Assembly: GCA_028534125.1 (NCBI GenBank)
Contig: CM052817.1
Span: forward strand, 109,308,001 to 109,372,000
Source: Lama glama
Lineage: Eukaryota
Direction: 5' to 3'
Length of the DNA: 64,000 bases
Below are positions 37,801 through 50,039 of this stretch, piece after piece (position 1 is the first letter of the stretch; every line of letters starts with the position of its first letter). Under the pieces are notes generated by a model. It saw only the letters and a program-made list of their open reading frames with translations, was not told the DNA's origin and did no database searches. The translations under genes were made by a program, and so were the position numbers.

Positions 37801-39790
37801 CTTGGTGTGAAGTTCTAGGATGCTAGCTTTCCCCTCCCTCCCTTGTTAGGGATGTCCCTCCATTGTCTCCAGTCGTACATCGTTTCTGAAAAGCAGTTTG
37901 CTCTCATTCTGTCTGTATTCTTTCTAGTGTGTCTTTTTTCCTCTTACTTTTAAATTCATTTCTTTATCACTAATTTTGATGTAATGTACCTTCATGTGCT
38001 TTTCTTTATATTTATTCTATTTGAGGTTTGTCACATTTTCTTGGATCTATGGGATTATGGTTTTTATCATCCTTTTAAAAAATTTAGCCATTACTTAAAC
38101 ATTATTTTTCCTCTCCTCTTCCTCTCTCCTGTTCTTGACCCCAAAGAATGTGTGCTATACAACTGAATATTGTCCCACCAGTCGCTGATACTTTGTTAAT
38201 TTGTATTTCAGTCTTTCTTGGTCTCTCTGCTTCATTTTGGATAGTTTTTACTGTTGTTTCTTAAAATTTCCTGATCTTCTGCAGCGTCTTATCTGCTATT
38301 AATCCCAACAGTGTGTTTTTTATTTCCAGTCTTGTATTTTCCTTTGCTGGAAGTGACACTGGATTGGTTTATTTTGTATCTGTCATTTCTCTGCTTCTTT
38401 TTGCTCTACCTTCTTACTACAAGCAATACATTTATAATAACTTCTTAATAGCTTTGTTGAGAACTAATCACATAGGTGTATAATTTACACACTTAAAGTG
38501 CATAAATGAATGTCTTTTAGTACATTAACAAAGTTGTGTAACCATACTCACAACCTAAATTTTAGATTACTTTTATCACTCCTCAGAGAAACTCTGTACC
38601 CATTAGCAGTCACACCCCATTCTGTCCTCTCCAGCCCAGGCAACCGCTAATCTGCTTTCTGTCTCTATAGATTTGATTACTCAGGACACCTCATATAAAT
38701 GGAAGCACATGTGTTCTTTTGTGACTGCTTTTCTTTCACTTAGCATAATGATTTCAAGGTTCATCCACATTGTAGCATGTTCAGTACTCCATTCCTTTTC
38801 ATTGCTGAATAGTATTCCACTGTATGGATATACTACATTTTACTCATTCGTCAGTTGGTGGACATTTGTACCAGTATAATATTGTTTAATGCTCTTGTCT
38901 CCTAATTCCATTATCTCGTATCATTTCTGAGTCTATTTCTATTGATTTTTTTTCCCTGCTGGTTATGGGTCTTAATTTCTTCTTCCTTTGCCTGCCTAAT
39001 GATTTTTGCTTGGAACCAGACATACATTGTTGGGTGCTAGACTTTGTTGTACTCCTTTAAATAGTGTTGGACTTTGTTTTGACATGCATTATGTTACTGG
39101 GACTTAGTTGTGTCATTTTGAAGCTAGTTTTTAGGCTTTGTTAGGGTGGGTCCAGGGCAGCTGTTGGTTTAGGGATGATTTAGCTCCAATACTAAGGTGG
39201 TACTCTTCTGAGGATTTTGTCTGCTGCCATGTGTATTAGGAATCATTTCCACTCTTGCTGGTGGAGCCATCAACTCGTCCTGGCCCTGTATGAGCTCTGG
39301 GCTTCTCAGACCAACTGTTCTCTGATGCTGGTCTTAATTTTTTAAAAATATTTTTATTGTAGTATATAGTCAGTTTACAGTGTTGTGTCAATTTCTGGTG
39401 TACAGCACAATGCTTGTCATATAGGAACATACATAAATTCATTTTCATATTCTTTTTCACCATACGTTACTACAAGATACTGAATACAGCTCTCTGTGCT
39501 GTATAGTATAAACTTGTTGCTTTCTCCAACTTTAAATAGTCTCCTCTTACACGGATCAGAATTCAACCTGACTCTAGGGGACCTCTGTGCTGCTCTCTCC
39601 TCCCAGGGGTGCCGTCCTGCCAAATCTAGCCATCTTGGCCTCTGTGAATGTTGATCTCTACCCCTCAACTCAGTGTAACTGCCATCCTCTGAGTTTCCCG
39701 TTCTCTGTGCTGTGGCTTGGAAACTGCTTCCTGGCACTAAGTTCAGGTAGTCATGGGGCTTCCTTTGTTTCACTCTTCTCAGGAATTAAG
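34860..39790 (-). mobile_element. Old L1M (long, fragmented) with nested L1 3' ends at ~38445-38870 and ~39335-39520
   Basis: Continuous degenerate reverse L1 sequence. Boundaries are approximate. Confidence 0.75.
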
Positions 39791-39792
39791 TT

Positions 39793-39943
39793 CTATGGTC
39801 AGTGGTAGGGCGTGTGCTTATTAGCATGCACGAGGTCCTGGGTTCAATCCTCAGTACCTCCATTAAAATAAATAAATAGATTAACTTAATTCCCTCCACC
39901 TACTCAAAAAACAAAAAAACACCAGCAAAAAGCCAAACAAAAA
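39793..39943 (+). mobile_element. vic-1-like SINE
   Basis: tcagtggtagggcgtgtgctta...gcatgcacgaggtcctgggttcaatcctcagtacctccattaaaataaataaat, with an A-rich tail. Confidence 0.88.
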
Positions 39944-39944
39944 T

Positions 39945-41693
39945 CTTTTTTTTTCAGTTTTATTAGGTAGAATTGTGACCGTTTGGCTGCACATATATAA
40001 TATGTTGCGTGTAAATACATATATCAATATACTACACATATTTTGTGTTAGTTTACATATATGTACTGATTATTATTTCTAAGAACAGATTAGAACTTTA
40101 ACTTTTTAAACTTAACAGTATTATCAAAGGAATAAAGGCAACCATAAAATAAGAATCAACGGAATGGGGTAATCTGATCATAAAGGACAGTCAGATATGC
40201 TTATACACATATTCAAGAAATCAATCATCAAGGTATAAATAATAAGTAGTTCATTTGTATCACCCCCCACTTTTTTTTTTTTTAGATTTCACATATAAGT
40301 GGTATCATATGGCATCTTTCTTTCTCTTTCTGGCCCACTTCACTGAGAATGATGATCTCAGGTCCATCCATGTTGCTGCAAGTGGCATAATTTTATCTTT
40401 TTTATGGCTGAGTACTATTCCATTGTGTGTGTATATATGTGTGTATATTATATACCATATCTTCTTTATCCAGTCATCTGTTGGTGGACATTTGGGTTGT
40501 TTCAGCATCTTTATTATTGTAAATAGTGCTGCTGTAAACATTGGGGTACCTGTGTCTTTTTGAATTTTATTTGAACATTGGGGTACATGTGTCTTTTTGA
40601 ATTTTATATTTCTCTGGGTATATCCTCAGGAGTGGGATTGCTGGATCACATGGTAAGTCTATTTTTAGTTTTTTAAGGAACCTCCATACTGTCCTCCATA
40701 GTGGCTACGCAAATCTACACTCTCACCAACAGTGTAGGAGGGTCCCTCTCCAGCATCTATCATTTATAGACTTTCAATGATGGCCATTCTGGCTGGTGTG
40801 AGGTGATATCTCATTGTAGTTTTGATCTGATTTCTCTGACAATTAGCGATGCTGAGCATTTTTCATGTGTGTATTGGCCATTTGTATGTCTTTATTGGAG
40901 AATTGCTTATTTAGGTCTTGTGCCCATTTTTAGATTGGGTTGCTTGTTTTTTTGATATTAAGATGTATGTGCTATTTATGTATTTTGGAATTTAGTCCCT
41001 TGTCGATCACATCATTTGCAAATATCTTCTCCCATTCTGTAGGTTGTCTTTTTGTTTTGTTGATGGTATCCTTAGCTGTGCAAAAGCTTTAAGTTTATTT
41101 AGCTCCCATTTGTTTATTTTTGCTTTTATTTCAATTACTCCAGGAGCTGGTTCAAAAAATATATTGCTGTGATTTATGTCTGAGAGTATTCTGCCTCTTT
41201 TTTTCTCCAGGAGTTTTGTATTTTATAGTATCTGGTCTTACATTTAAGTTTTTATCCATTTTGAGTTTATTTTTGTATATGATGTTAGAGAATGTTCTAA
41301 TTTCTGTCTTGTACAGGTAGCTGTCCAGTTTTCCAAGCACTAGTTATGGAAGAGACTGTCTTTTCTCCATTGTATGTTCTTGCCTTATCTGTCATAGATT
41401 AATTAACGTGTGTGAGTTTATTTCTGGACTTTCTATCTTGTTTTATTGATCTATGTGTCTGTTTTTGTGTCAGTACCCTACCGTTTTGATTACTGTTGCT
41501 TTGTAGTATAGTCTGAAGTGAGGGAGCATTGTTCCCCCAGCTCCATTCTTCTTTTTCAAGATTGTTTTGACTATTTGAGGTCTTTTGTGTTTCCATACAA
41601 AGGTTAACATTTCTTGTTCCAGCTCTGTGAAGAATGTCGGTAATTTGGTAGGGACTGTATTGAATCTGTATATTGCCTTGTGCAGTATGGTAT
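39945..41693 (-). mobile_element. 5'-truncated L1 (3'UTR and ORF2 C-terminus)
   Basis: The minus ORF at 40305-40541 reads MFTAALFTIIKMLKQPKCPPTDDWIKKIWYI...KKDKIMPLAATWMDL. Confidence 0.93.
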
Positions 41694-41869
41694 TGAGGCC
41701 ATTATTTCTTCAAATATCTTATTTATTACCCCTACTTTCTCCAGGTGCTCCAGTTCTACATGTGTTAGTCTGCTTGGTGTTATCACACAGCTCACTGTCA
41801 TGCTGTTATTCAGTTTTCTTTCTTTCCTTGTGTTTCCTTTTGGATAGTTTCTATTATCATGTCTCTCTC

Positions 41870-42092
41870 CTGTGGGGAGAGATGGAGAGAGACTCAGAGA
41901 GACAGAGAGATAGAGCACACAAGTTCTAATGTCTCCTTGTCCTCTTAGAAGGATTCCAGTTCCATCAGATCAGGGCCTTGCCTTTAGGACTTCATTTAAT
42001 ACTGATTATGGCCCCAAAGGTCCAAATACTATCCCATTGGAGATTAAGGCTTTAACAGGAATATTGGGGAGACACAATCATTCAGTCCACAG
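41870..42092 (-). mobile_element. MaLR (MLT1/MST-like) LTR fragment
   Basis: ccagttccatcagatcagggcc...ccaaatactatcccattggagattaaggcttt...ggggagacacaatcattcagtcca. Confidence 0.7.
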
Positions 42093-43719
42093 TATGGGTG
42101 CTGTTTTTTTTCTTTCTTTGCATTACTGGTAATTTTTATTAGAAGTCAAACAATATGAACTTTACTTTATTGGGTGCCAGCTATTTTTATGTTCTTCACA
42201 ATATCCTTAAGCTTTGTTCTGGGATGCAGTTAACTCATTTGATATTCTTGAATCTTTCTTTTAAACTCTGTTGGCGCTAGGTCAAAGAAACCTTTAGTTT
42301 AGGGCTCATTTTGCTCCCCTCCTGGGGCAGTAACCTCCTTAGTGCTTTATATAATGTTCTGGGGACTGTGAGGTGTTGTACTCTGGTGAGGGGGAACGTT
42401 TCTGGCCCTGCATGAGCTCCAGGAATTGTTCCTTCTGCTCCTTTTAGGTGGTTCTTTCTTTGGTTTCGGTAGTGTCTTCATTCCTGTGCCATGATTAGTA
42501 CTGGGTTCAAGACTCAAAGAAACGTTTCCTCTGTAACTCCATCTCCTCTGCAGGACTTTGCTCAGTGAGTTCTAGGTGCCTTGGACTCCACAGACTCACA
42601 AAACCACCTCCTCCATTAAGGGAGACCACCAGGCTCCGTCTGGAATCTCCCTTCCTGTCCTGGGGCTGGGAGCGCCCTCCAAGCAGTGAGTCAGGGCAGT
42701 GGTCAGGCTCGTTCTCATTTGTTTCTCACACTCAGGGGTCCCAGTCCTGTGCTGCCTGATCTCCAGTGTCTGAAAAATGGTCATATATATTTATGTATAT
42801 GTATACATATAGTTTTGCAGGATTTTTTTTTAGTTTTTTTGAGTGATCCTTGCCTGTTTGAAGCATGAAAATTTCTTTCAGAATCAAGGCAAGTTCTTCC
42901 CAGTGTTTTCTTCAGCTTAGTCTCTCCGCATAGAAGATGCTTATGACCTTCGAATGCTGAGATGACTGAACTGAATGAAATGCTCCTGCTTATAAGGTCT
43001 AATTATGTATGAAAAGGGGATGTATTGGCTATGTGTGGATTTGGTCACCTGTTTCTGATAGCTATTAAAAGATAACTTAATAAACAGTATGTTTCTATAT
43101 TAATCAAACACTTTTTACATATAGTGCTTCTTAAAGCCACTCATCGTATCCCAGTTCATCTCCAGAGCCCTTGAGATAACTTTCTGTGTCAGAGTTTCCT
43201 GTTCCTCTCTGTTCATAGCCTTACATGTTCATGGTAATCACAACAGATAGTGTTAACTTTAGACATTCTTGACTAGTCATTTATGCATTGTATCTTTTTT
43301 AAGAAGACTCAAGTAATGTTTCTGACCCTGTATTCATAATTTTTGGCATTTCCCACAGTGTAATTGCTACAGGAATTCTTTACAGATAGAAATATAATAA
43401 AAATTCTAAAAGCATATCTCCAGAAATGGATGTTTTCTTTACTAAAGTCTTTGGAATGCAAATAGGAAATCCTTGCAATGTGAACTTCCATTTTTCAGTT
43501 ATTAGCCAGATAAAGAGAAAACATCTTTCTGTTCTGTGATCTCACTGAGATTAGGCTCACACACCATCCTGAATTTATGAGAGATAACAATGCTAAGTAA
43601 CAGAGTAGTGTATATATTTAAGAAACCAGATGGTGTCTTTTTACATACATGGGGAGGTGGGCATAAACATTTTCTTTCACCTGGTGTTGTAACAGTGTCA
43701 TCTTCCTTTTATCTCACAG

Positions 43720-43984
43720 TGTCGGAAGATTCAAAAACCTTGAAAGTGGATGAAGAAACAGAAAACACAGTGAGAGTCACCTGGAAACCAGCACCCGGGA
43801 ACGTTGTCAGCTACTGTGCTGTGTGTCAGCCCCATGGGGGTGGGAAACACCTGGTGGCCAAAGTGCCACCCACAGTCACCTCCAGTGTTAAAGCGGCTTC
43901 AGCCCTGGGCCAAGTATGACATCACAGTTCTCCCAACTTGTAGGACAGGAGAGGGAAAGCTTAGGCAAGGATCAGGGACAACAT
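43720..43984 (+). pseudogene. COL12A1: COL12A1-like exon A (FN3)
   Basis: Acceptor tctcacag, donor t|gtacga. Reads [29 protein letters not shown]...[22 protein letters not shown]...GEGKLRQGSGTT. A 2-bp deletion at ~43884 shifts the frame (ORFs 43590 and 43804 are the two halves). Confidence 0.95.
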
Positions 43985-44444
43985 GTACGAGATGATAATT
44001 TGTTTTTGGAAAGTGTGTAATATTTTTAAGGGAGCTTTTAATACATCTGCTTCCTTTGTAAATGTCTGAAACTGATTCTGTGATGAATTACATTATAATG
44101 GCTAGGTAGGATACCTAAATAGCACATGAATTTTACCTACCTAGTTCCTGCTAAAATGATTCTGCGTATTAATGTCCTCGTGCTAACCTAACCTTCTGAG
44201 CTGGGAGTACCGTGTACACTTCCACTTGGGCAGTGCTCTGTTGTGATGATTTTTATTGGGTGCGATAGCTTGCACTTTCTGATTTAACCCTTTCTATAAA
44301 CGTATCTCAAAGTGTTTTGTTTGTGATGATGCCTGTGTATCTCTCTTAGATATTTTGAATTCACCTTATTGTTACAGGGGCTAATAAAAAAATGCCAAAG
44401 CCTAGACTTATGAATAATATTTGAAAATCTTACTATCTTTACAG

Positions 44445-44638
44445 TTTCTCGATTTAAGTCACCAGGAAACCTCAAAACATCTGACTCAACCATGTCAAGC
44501 TTCCGGGTGACCTGGGAGCCTGCGTCCGGAGAAGTGAAGGGTTACAAAGTCACATTCTGCCCCAAGGGAGGATGACCAAAGACTAGGGGAGTTAGTGGTT
44601 GGATGGAATGACAGCACAGTTGTTTTGGAAGAACTCAG
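44445..44638 (+). pseudogene. COL12A1: COL12A1-like exon B (FN3, first half)
   Basis: Acceptor tttacag, donor ag|gtagga. Reads [37 protein letters not shown].../[24 protein letters not shown] 1-bp insertion lies at ~44565-44570. Confidence 0.93.
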
Positions 44639-45695
44639 GTAGGAATGCATTCCTTTCAGGTTTTGTTAAAAGACTCAATAACTGATGTAAATCAGTAGGC
44701 CATCCGTAGATGGTCACTTATGTTCTGTTCGCCCTTTAGGTATTTAAAGTCAGCCACAGTTGCTTTCTCATCCTTGTTGCTGCTGAAGTTGTGGTTCAGA
44801 GACTCAAATTTAGGAGTTGTAATTTTTTAATGATTTTTGTTATTAAGTGATCATGAATAGAATTTTTTCTGTTAACACCTAGCTTTTAAAAAATTAACAT
44901 CCATGTTGCACAATTTCAACAAAAGCAGCTTGTCCCCAGCCCTCCTGTGGGAACATGGGGCTTCCTGTGCCTTCTGGAAAGGCCCTGGTGCCTGCTGCTG
45001 AGATGCCAGGGTGGGCCGTGGGAGAGAGCAGGCAGGCCTTTGCACTCCGTGTCAGTTGGCAGGATGGGGGTGCTGATGCGAGGTCTCACTTCAGGCTGAG
45101 CAGTGGGAGACAAGGAGGTTTGAGTCTGAGTGGCATCCTGCATTCACTGTGGTGAAAGGAATGGACTGCTGTGCACTGACTGGTGCAGAGTTTATCTGTT
45201 TTAGCCATTCATTCAACAGTATTGAAATCTCATAAATTTCACATAAATGCTCGCAGCTTCCTTTAATCAGAATAGGGAGTATGGAACTTACTGAGCCTCC
45301 TATGGGCTGGCACTGTGCTGCGTGCCTTCTGTTCCCAGGGAGTTACATCTGCATTGTTTTGTTAGAGCCCGTTGCTTAGGAGCAGTAAGAGTGCCAGCCC
45401 GATGCTCCCCTGAAGTGCCCAGTGCCCGCTGGGGGCTCTGCATCTGGTGGGAGGCCAGACAGGGATTGGGCACTGACCCCTGGTCTTCTCCGAATGCCTG
45501 CAGGCTGGTTTCCCTTGATACCTCACAGTGTAAGCTTAGCTAGAATGTGATGGAAATTATTTTCTCCTCTCGCAGTTGTGTGCCGTAACTTCCTCTGAGT
45601 GAAAGTCTGTAATCAAGACGAGTGTTTTGAATGAAACCAAAAAATGCTACCGCTTGAGCCTGTCATACGTGCAGAAGTTGTATTTACCGTTTCCG

Positions 45696-45817
45696 GGCAG
45701 GCACCACCTGTGAAGTAGACGTGTGTGGAAAGTTTGATGGAGGAGAAAGTTCATCACTTGCTTGACAAGAAATGACCACCCTTTCTGACACAACTGTAAT
45801 GCCAGTTTTATCCTCTG
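45696..45817 (+). pseudogene. COL12A1: COL12A1-like exon C (FN3, second half and linker)
   Basis: Reads AGTTCEVDVCGKFDGGESSSLA*QEMTTLSDTTVMPVLSS. In-frame TGA at 45763-45765. The homologous acceptor position reads cg; donor g|gtaaga. Confidence 0.92.
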
Positions 45818-47132
45818 GTAAGAAATTGAGTTGCAGTCCCCTAGGAAAACTCAGTATTATAAAGCTTTCTCACATGTGAATTGTTAAGTTAACCATACAG
45901 TGACAATCAACTATTAAAGTTTTACACCAAAACATCCAGTTAAGCACACTTTTGCCAACATTTTTAAGGCTTTTGTCAGCACTGTGTTAGTTACATAGGA
46001 CTGTATGATTTAAAGTTGAGTTTTTACAGTTGGTAGATGATGTAGATTTTCTCTCTTTGTAGTGACTAAAATGCAGCTTTATTTTGTTAAAGTGGCTAGA
46101 AATGATTTACTTGGGCTGAGCAAGCAGCCTCGGGTTACAGAAATAGCTCGGCAGCTCCGACTTGGGAAGCACAGTGGTAACAAAATGGCGTAGACTTTTC
46201 TCCTTGTGCCACAACTACAGCTGTGAAATACATGAAGCTCGTTTTGAACAATCATAGAGGTGGGAGAGGTGGGTAGAGTTTCATTCTAAATATTTTCCAT
46301 CATTTGCTAAAAAAGAGAAGATGTGGGCAGAGCAGGAGCAGATTTGGAAAGGTGCGGGCGCTGTGAATGGTGCTTGGGAAGCCTCACTCCTGACGTACTG
46401 GCCAGGACACGAGTGACGCCTTTGCAGTGTGATGAGCATCACTGAATTTTCCTCAGTGAGGGTGTTTTGTTTTTGTTTTTGTTTTTGTTTTTTGTAATAT
46501 AAAAATCAGATGCTAACATGGCAAGAAGTTGAAAAATTCATAGCCGGTAACATAAGCTTCTGGAAAAGAGAGCATTTGAAAACGTGGATGAAACAAATGG
46601 AAGTGTCAGCTCTTTCTACGTTGCATGGATGTTCTGTTGTTTCTCCTGTGAGATGAGCTGACTTACGTGCTTATCTTGCGGCCTGTGTGCACTGAGGCCA
46701 CTGGGGCAGTTTTCTGTCCCGAGCGCCCAGCCCTGTCTCAGTGCTTGTGCTCGTAGTCCCTGTAGCTCTCCATGTGCACACTTGTTTGCATCCTTTTTCT
46801 AGATTGTCTCCTTTCTCTCTTGAGTTTTTAAGTGTGCAGACTTCACCATCTACATTTATCTGACTGTTACACACAGTAGATGATCAAGTTAAGTAATGAA
46901 TAACTGAATAATATCATAGCTATCAGGTTTTTAAATAATACATTTGTATTTCCTAAAGGTCCAATTTTAAGAGTTATGTGCCTAATCCTTCACAAGATAT
47001 GTAATACTTAACTAGGAGCTTTCATTAATTTAAAAGGTATTTTTGGCTCACTGGAATCTTTTGCAGCTTACACATTGTGACAGTTCATCTCATACTTGTC
47101 TGCTAATGACTGTTGAATGTTGAAAAAAATGA

Positions 47133-47260
47133 GGGGGTAGGGTAGAGCTAGGCGGTAGAGCATGGCATAGCATGCCCGAGGTCCTGGGTTCAGCCCCCAG
47201 TGGCTCCATTAAAAATAAAGCAAATAAATAAACCTAGTTACCCCCCAATAAAAATAAATA
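47133..47260 (+). mobile_element. vic-1-like SINE inside the COL12A1-copy intron C-D
   Basis: gggggtagggtagagctaggcggtagagcatggcatagcatgcccgaggtcctgggttcagcccccagtggctccattaaaaataaa. Confidence 0.85.
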
Positions 47261-47738
47261 CAACCCCCCCAGCAACGTATAAAGGAAAGGAAGTGTGTTT
47301 AAAAAATACTGAGAAAAGGGCAACATCTAATCTTTAGATCACATTAAAATTTTATTAAAATTATTATTGCCTTGTAGTTAAATGGCTGTACCTCCCCACT
47401 CACCTGTATCAGCTTTTGGGTTTGTGACGTCATTCAGATTTACATGACAGTTTGAGTCTCCATGATCTACAGCTGTGGTTGAGAAATACAGTCGGAGAAG
47501 CGGGAAAACTTCTCCGCTGAAATAATTATTAGAGGAATTGAGGATTCCTGTAGTTCCTAATAAGGTTAATAAGTCATAGGGGCATATTTTTGAAGTCTTA
47601 AACTCCAAATCACCTGGCTAAGCCGCAGAGCTGAGACAGTCGACACTGAGCACCTGGGGGTGGCAGAGGCGTGGCTAGGAAGTCACCCTACAAAGGACTT
47701 GGTCCTGACTCTGTGCTGTCTCATGATTGCTGCGTCAT

Positions 47739-47885
47739 GGATGGAGTATCTGACCAGGGCCGAAGCAGACGTGCTGCTGGTGGACGCATCGTGGAGCCTC
47801 TGCCAGGCAAACTTGAGAGCTGTGCGGAGTTCCATTTCTAGCATTGTGGAAGTCTTTGAGCTGGGCCCCAAAAGAGTGCAGATTG
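47739..47885 (+). pseudogene. COL12A1: COL12A1-like exon D (VWA start, DxSxS MIDAS motif)
   Basis: Reads [48 protein letters not shown]. Acceptor reads cat; donor g|gtaggt. One codon shorter than the recalled parent. Confidence 0.94.
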
Positions 47886-47966
47886 GTAGGTCTGACAATA
47901 TTGAAGACATTTAGACATTTCTGACATGCTCTTTGATATACGCAGACACCAATGGTGTCACTTTAA

Positions 47967-48086
47967 CCCTTGCTCATGATAGTGGGGACCCCAGAACAGA
48001 GTGACAGTTAAATGCTCACAGAGACAAGACGAGCTTGTTTCAGGCTGTGGCGAACTTACCTTACAAAGGAGGCAGGGCCCTCACAG
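47967..48086 (+). pseudogene. COL12A1: COL12A1-like exon E (VWA)
   Basis: Reads [41 protein letters not shown]>TGA at 48002-48004. Acceptor reads taa; donor ag|gtgagt. Confidence 0.94.
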
Positions 48087-48184
48087 GTGAGTCAAAGTGG
48101 TCTGGCGTGCTGGGAGCTCTTGCATTTTGGTCAGCTTGTGGTGGAATAATGATGTGATGGATTCTCTTTTAAAAATCCCCCTAG

Positions 48185-48339
48185 GCATGGCTTTCACCGA
48201 CAGAGCTTCAAGGCCCAAGCTGGCATGAGGCCTGGGGCCCAGAAAATTGGTGCTCTCGTCAGTGATGGAAAATCCCACGGTGATGTTGAGGCCCTGGCAA
48301 AGCAACTCAGGGATGAAGGCGTGGAGCTGTTTGCTGTTG
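48185..48339 (+). pseudogene. COL12A1: COL12A1-like exon F (VWA)
   Basis: Acceptor cctag, donor g|gtaagc. Reads [48 protein letters not shown]. About 10 nt are deleted near the exon start (frameshift). Confidence 0.93.
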
Positions 48340-48914
48340 GTAAGCACTGAGAAGACTGGCTATGCCCCTGGGGCATGCAAGTGTGCTGAGGATGGTTTTG
48401 TAGTTAAAAGTGTTTTCTGAAGCATGGACAGTCAAACACATTTTTCCCTATTACATAATGTATCAGAATGCTGTGCCAGGACATTAATTCATTTCCTTCT
48501 TTTCTCCTTGTAACGGGCCGAAACTGTGGCTTCTTGAAACAGAGTAATGGGTCAAGAGGAGAAATGTACTATTAAGAGGACTCAGGAAAATTTCTGTTTG
48601 ACTTTCCACAGCGCTGTGCTTATTTTTGATATCCGTTATTTTACTTTCCAGAAAAAACACTGAAGAGACACTTTTTGGTGGGAACTGGTGCTAGAAGCAC
48701 TAAGGAGAATCTAAACAAAATAGATTTCAGTTAATACAATTTTTTGTTCCTGTTTTATAATTAGAGATATGTAGTCATTAGATTATTGAGGAAAATCATA
48801 TCTATGTTCTAGTTAACATTGAATATATAGAGGTAGCCCATGAAATACTGGCTTTATTCTGTTGATTTTTTTCTGAGACTTGTTTTTTAATTTGTACGCA
48901 TCCATTTTTCCAGG

Positions 48915-49061
48915 GTATTAAAAGTGCTGACAATGCTGAGTTAAAGATGACTGCAGCAGATCCTGGTGATCCCCATGCATGCAACGTGGCAGATTTTGAG
49001 TCCCTCTCCAGGATCGTGGATGACCTCACCCTCAACTTGTGTAACAGCGTCAGAGGTCCGG
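48915..49061 (+). pseudogene. COL12A1: COL12A1-like exon G (VWA end)
   Basis: Reads [48 protein letters not shown]. Donor g|gtaagg. The nearest AG (48912-48913) is 1 nt out of register. Confidence 0.94.
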
Positions 49062-49073
49062 GTAAGGTTAGCC

Positions 49074-49288
49074 CAGGGTTTGTCACCCCCAGCACTATTG
49101 ATATTTTGGTCCAGATAGTTATTTTTTGAATGGAGGGAGTGGATTCTTTTGTGCATTGCGAGATGTTTAGCAGCATCTCTGGAGTCTGCCCACTGGATAC
49201 CAGTAGCATCCCCTGAGTTGTGACAAATATCTTCAGAATTTGCCACATGTCTGCTGGGGAGAATACTGCCCCTAGTTGAGAATCATTG
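49074..49288 (-). mobile_element. MER20 hAT-Charlie DNA transposon
   Basis: Near full-length match to the recalled consensus: cagggttt...gcactattgatattttgg...gatgtttagcagcatctctgg...ccagtagcatccc...gttgtgacaa...gttgagaatcattg. Confidence 0.88.
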
Positions 49289-50039
49289 GTTTAGTCCCTA
49301 CCTTTTTTTTTTTTTTCTGGTGACATCAAACTATAAATGACTTCTAGCTTATTTGAGGGTACATTTTGTTTGTATATGCCTGTACTACACACACACACAC
49401 ACACATTAAGCAGACTTTCACCTGGCTTCATGCATGGTTTTTTATTGGATTTCTGCTTTGTGGCCATAGAAATATTCTCCTATTAGAAAAGAGGAAGTAG
49501 AGACAGATACTCTCCTGAGATATTGGTGTCATCATATTTGAGTTGGAAAGGACTTAAGACAGCATAAAGTCATAACTGTTTATGAGTGAGAATCCATGAT
49601 GGTGTAACTTGGATTAGAACCTGGGTCTTCTGTCTTCGTGTCCACGCGGATGAAGAGGCAACTGGGTGGGGGATGGCAGGAGCCCTTCTTGCTTGAGTTC
49701 CAGGGTCTTGCTAGTTTTCATTGCTCACCTGCCTTTAGTTTATGTCCATGTGGCCTCTCATGGGAAGATCACTCTGTCCTGATAGAGCTTCTAATCAGCA
49801 AAAAAGCTCTGGACCCACTCATATTTCCCAGAGTGTTTTCTACTGACCTGCTGACACTTTATAAATGAGGCCTAAGAAATTACTGGATATAAAGTCTTTA
49901 TTGTTAATCATTTTCCCTTGAGTTCCATAGGTATGGGGTGCTGTCTCAGGCTGTCTAAGGCTAGAGCTGAACAAAGATAGGGTGATAGGCTGTGCTGCTT
50001 GACCCTCCCCAGTGGAATGGGATTCCCACCTTAGTTTTT

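Larger units (their letters stand above)
43720..49061 (+). pseudogene. COL12A1: Unprocessed partial duplicate pseudogene of collagen XII alpha-1 (7 exons; FN3-FN3-VWA)
   Basis: Seven exons translate, in order and with matching intron phases, to the COL12A1 stretch from [17 protein letters not shown]... to ...NLCNSVKGPG (recalled human sequence; approximately exons 15-21). There are three frameshifts, two in-frame TGA stops and three destroyed acceptors. I could not find the flanking COL12A1 exons in the window. Confidence 0.95.

Noticed and set aside
40537..40607. 37-bp tandem duplication (similar small duplications at ~960-1075 and ~50216-50260)
   Set aside because: Ordinary two-copy slippage, mostly inside L1. 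Not an array and not CRISPR-like.
43590..49248. Functional COL12A1 gene or a processed retrocopy
   Set aside because: Multiple frameshifts, stops and broken acceptors rule out a functional gene. Introns are retained, so it is not a retrocopy.
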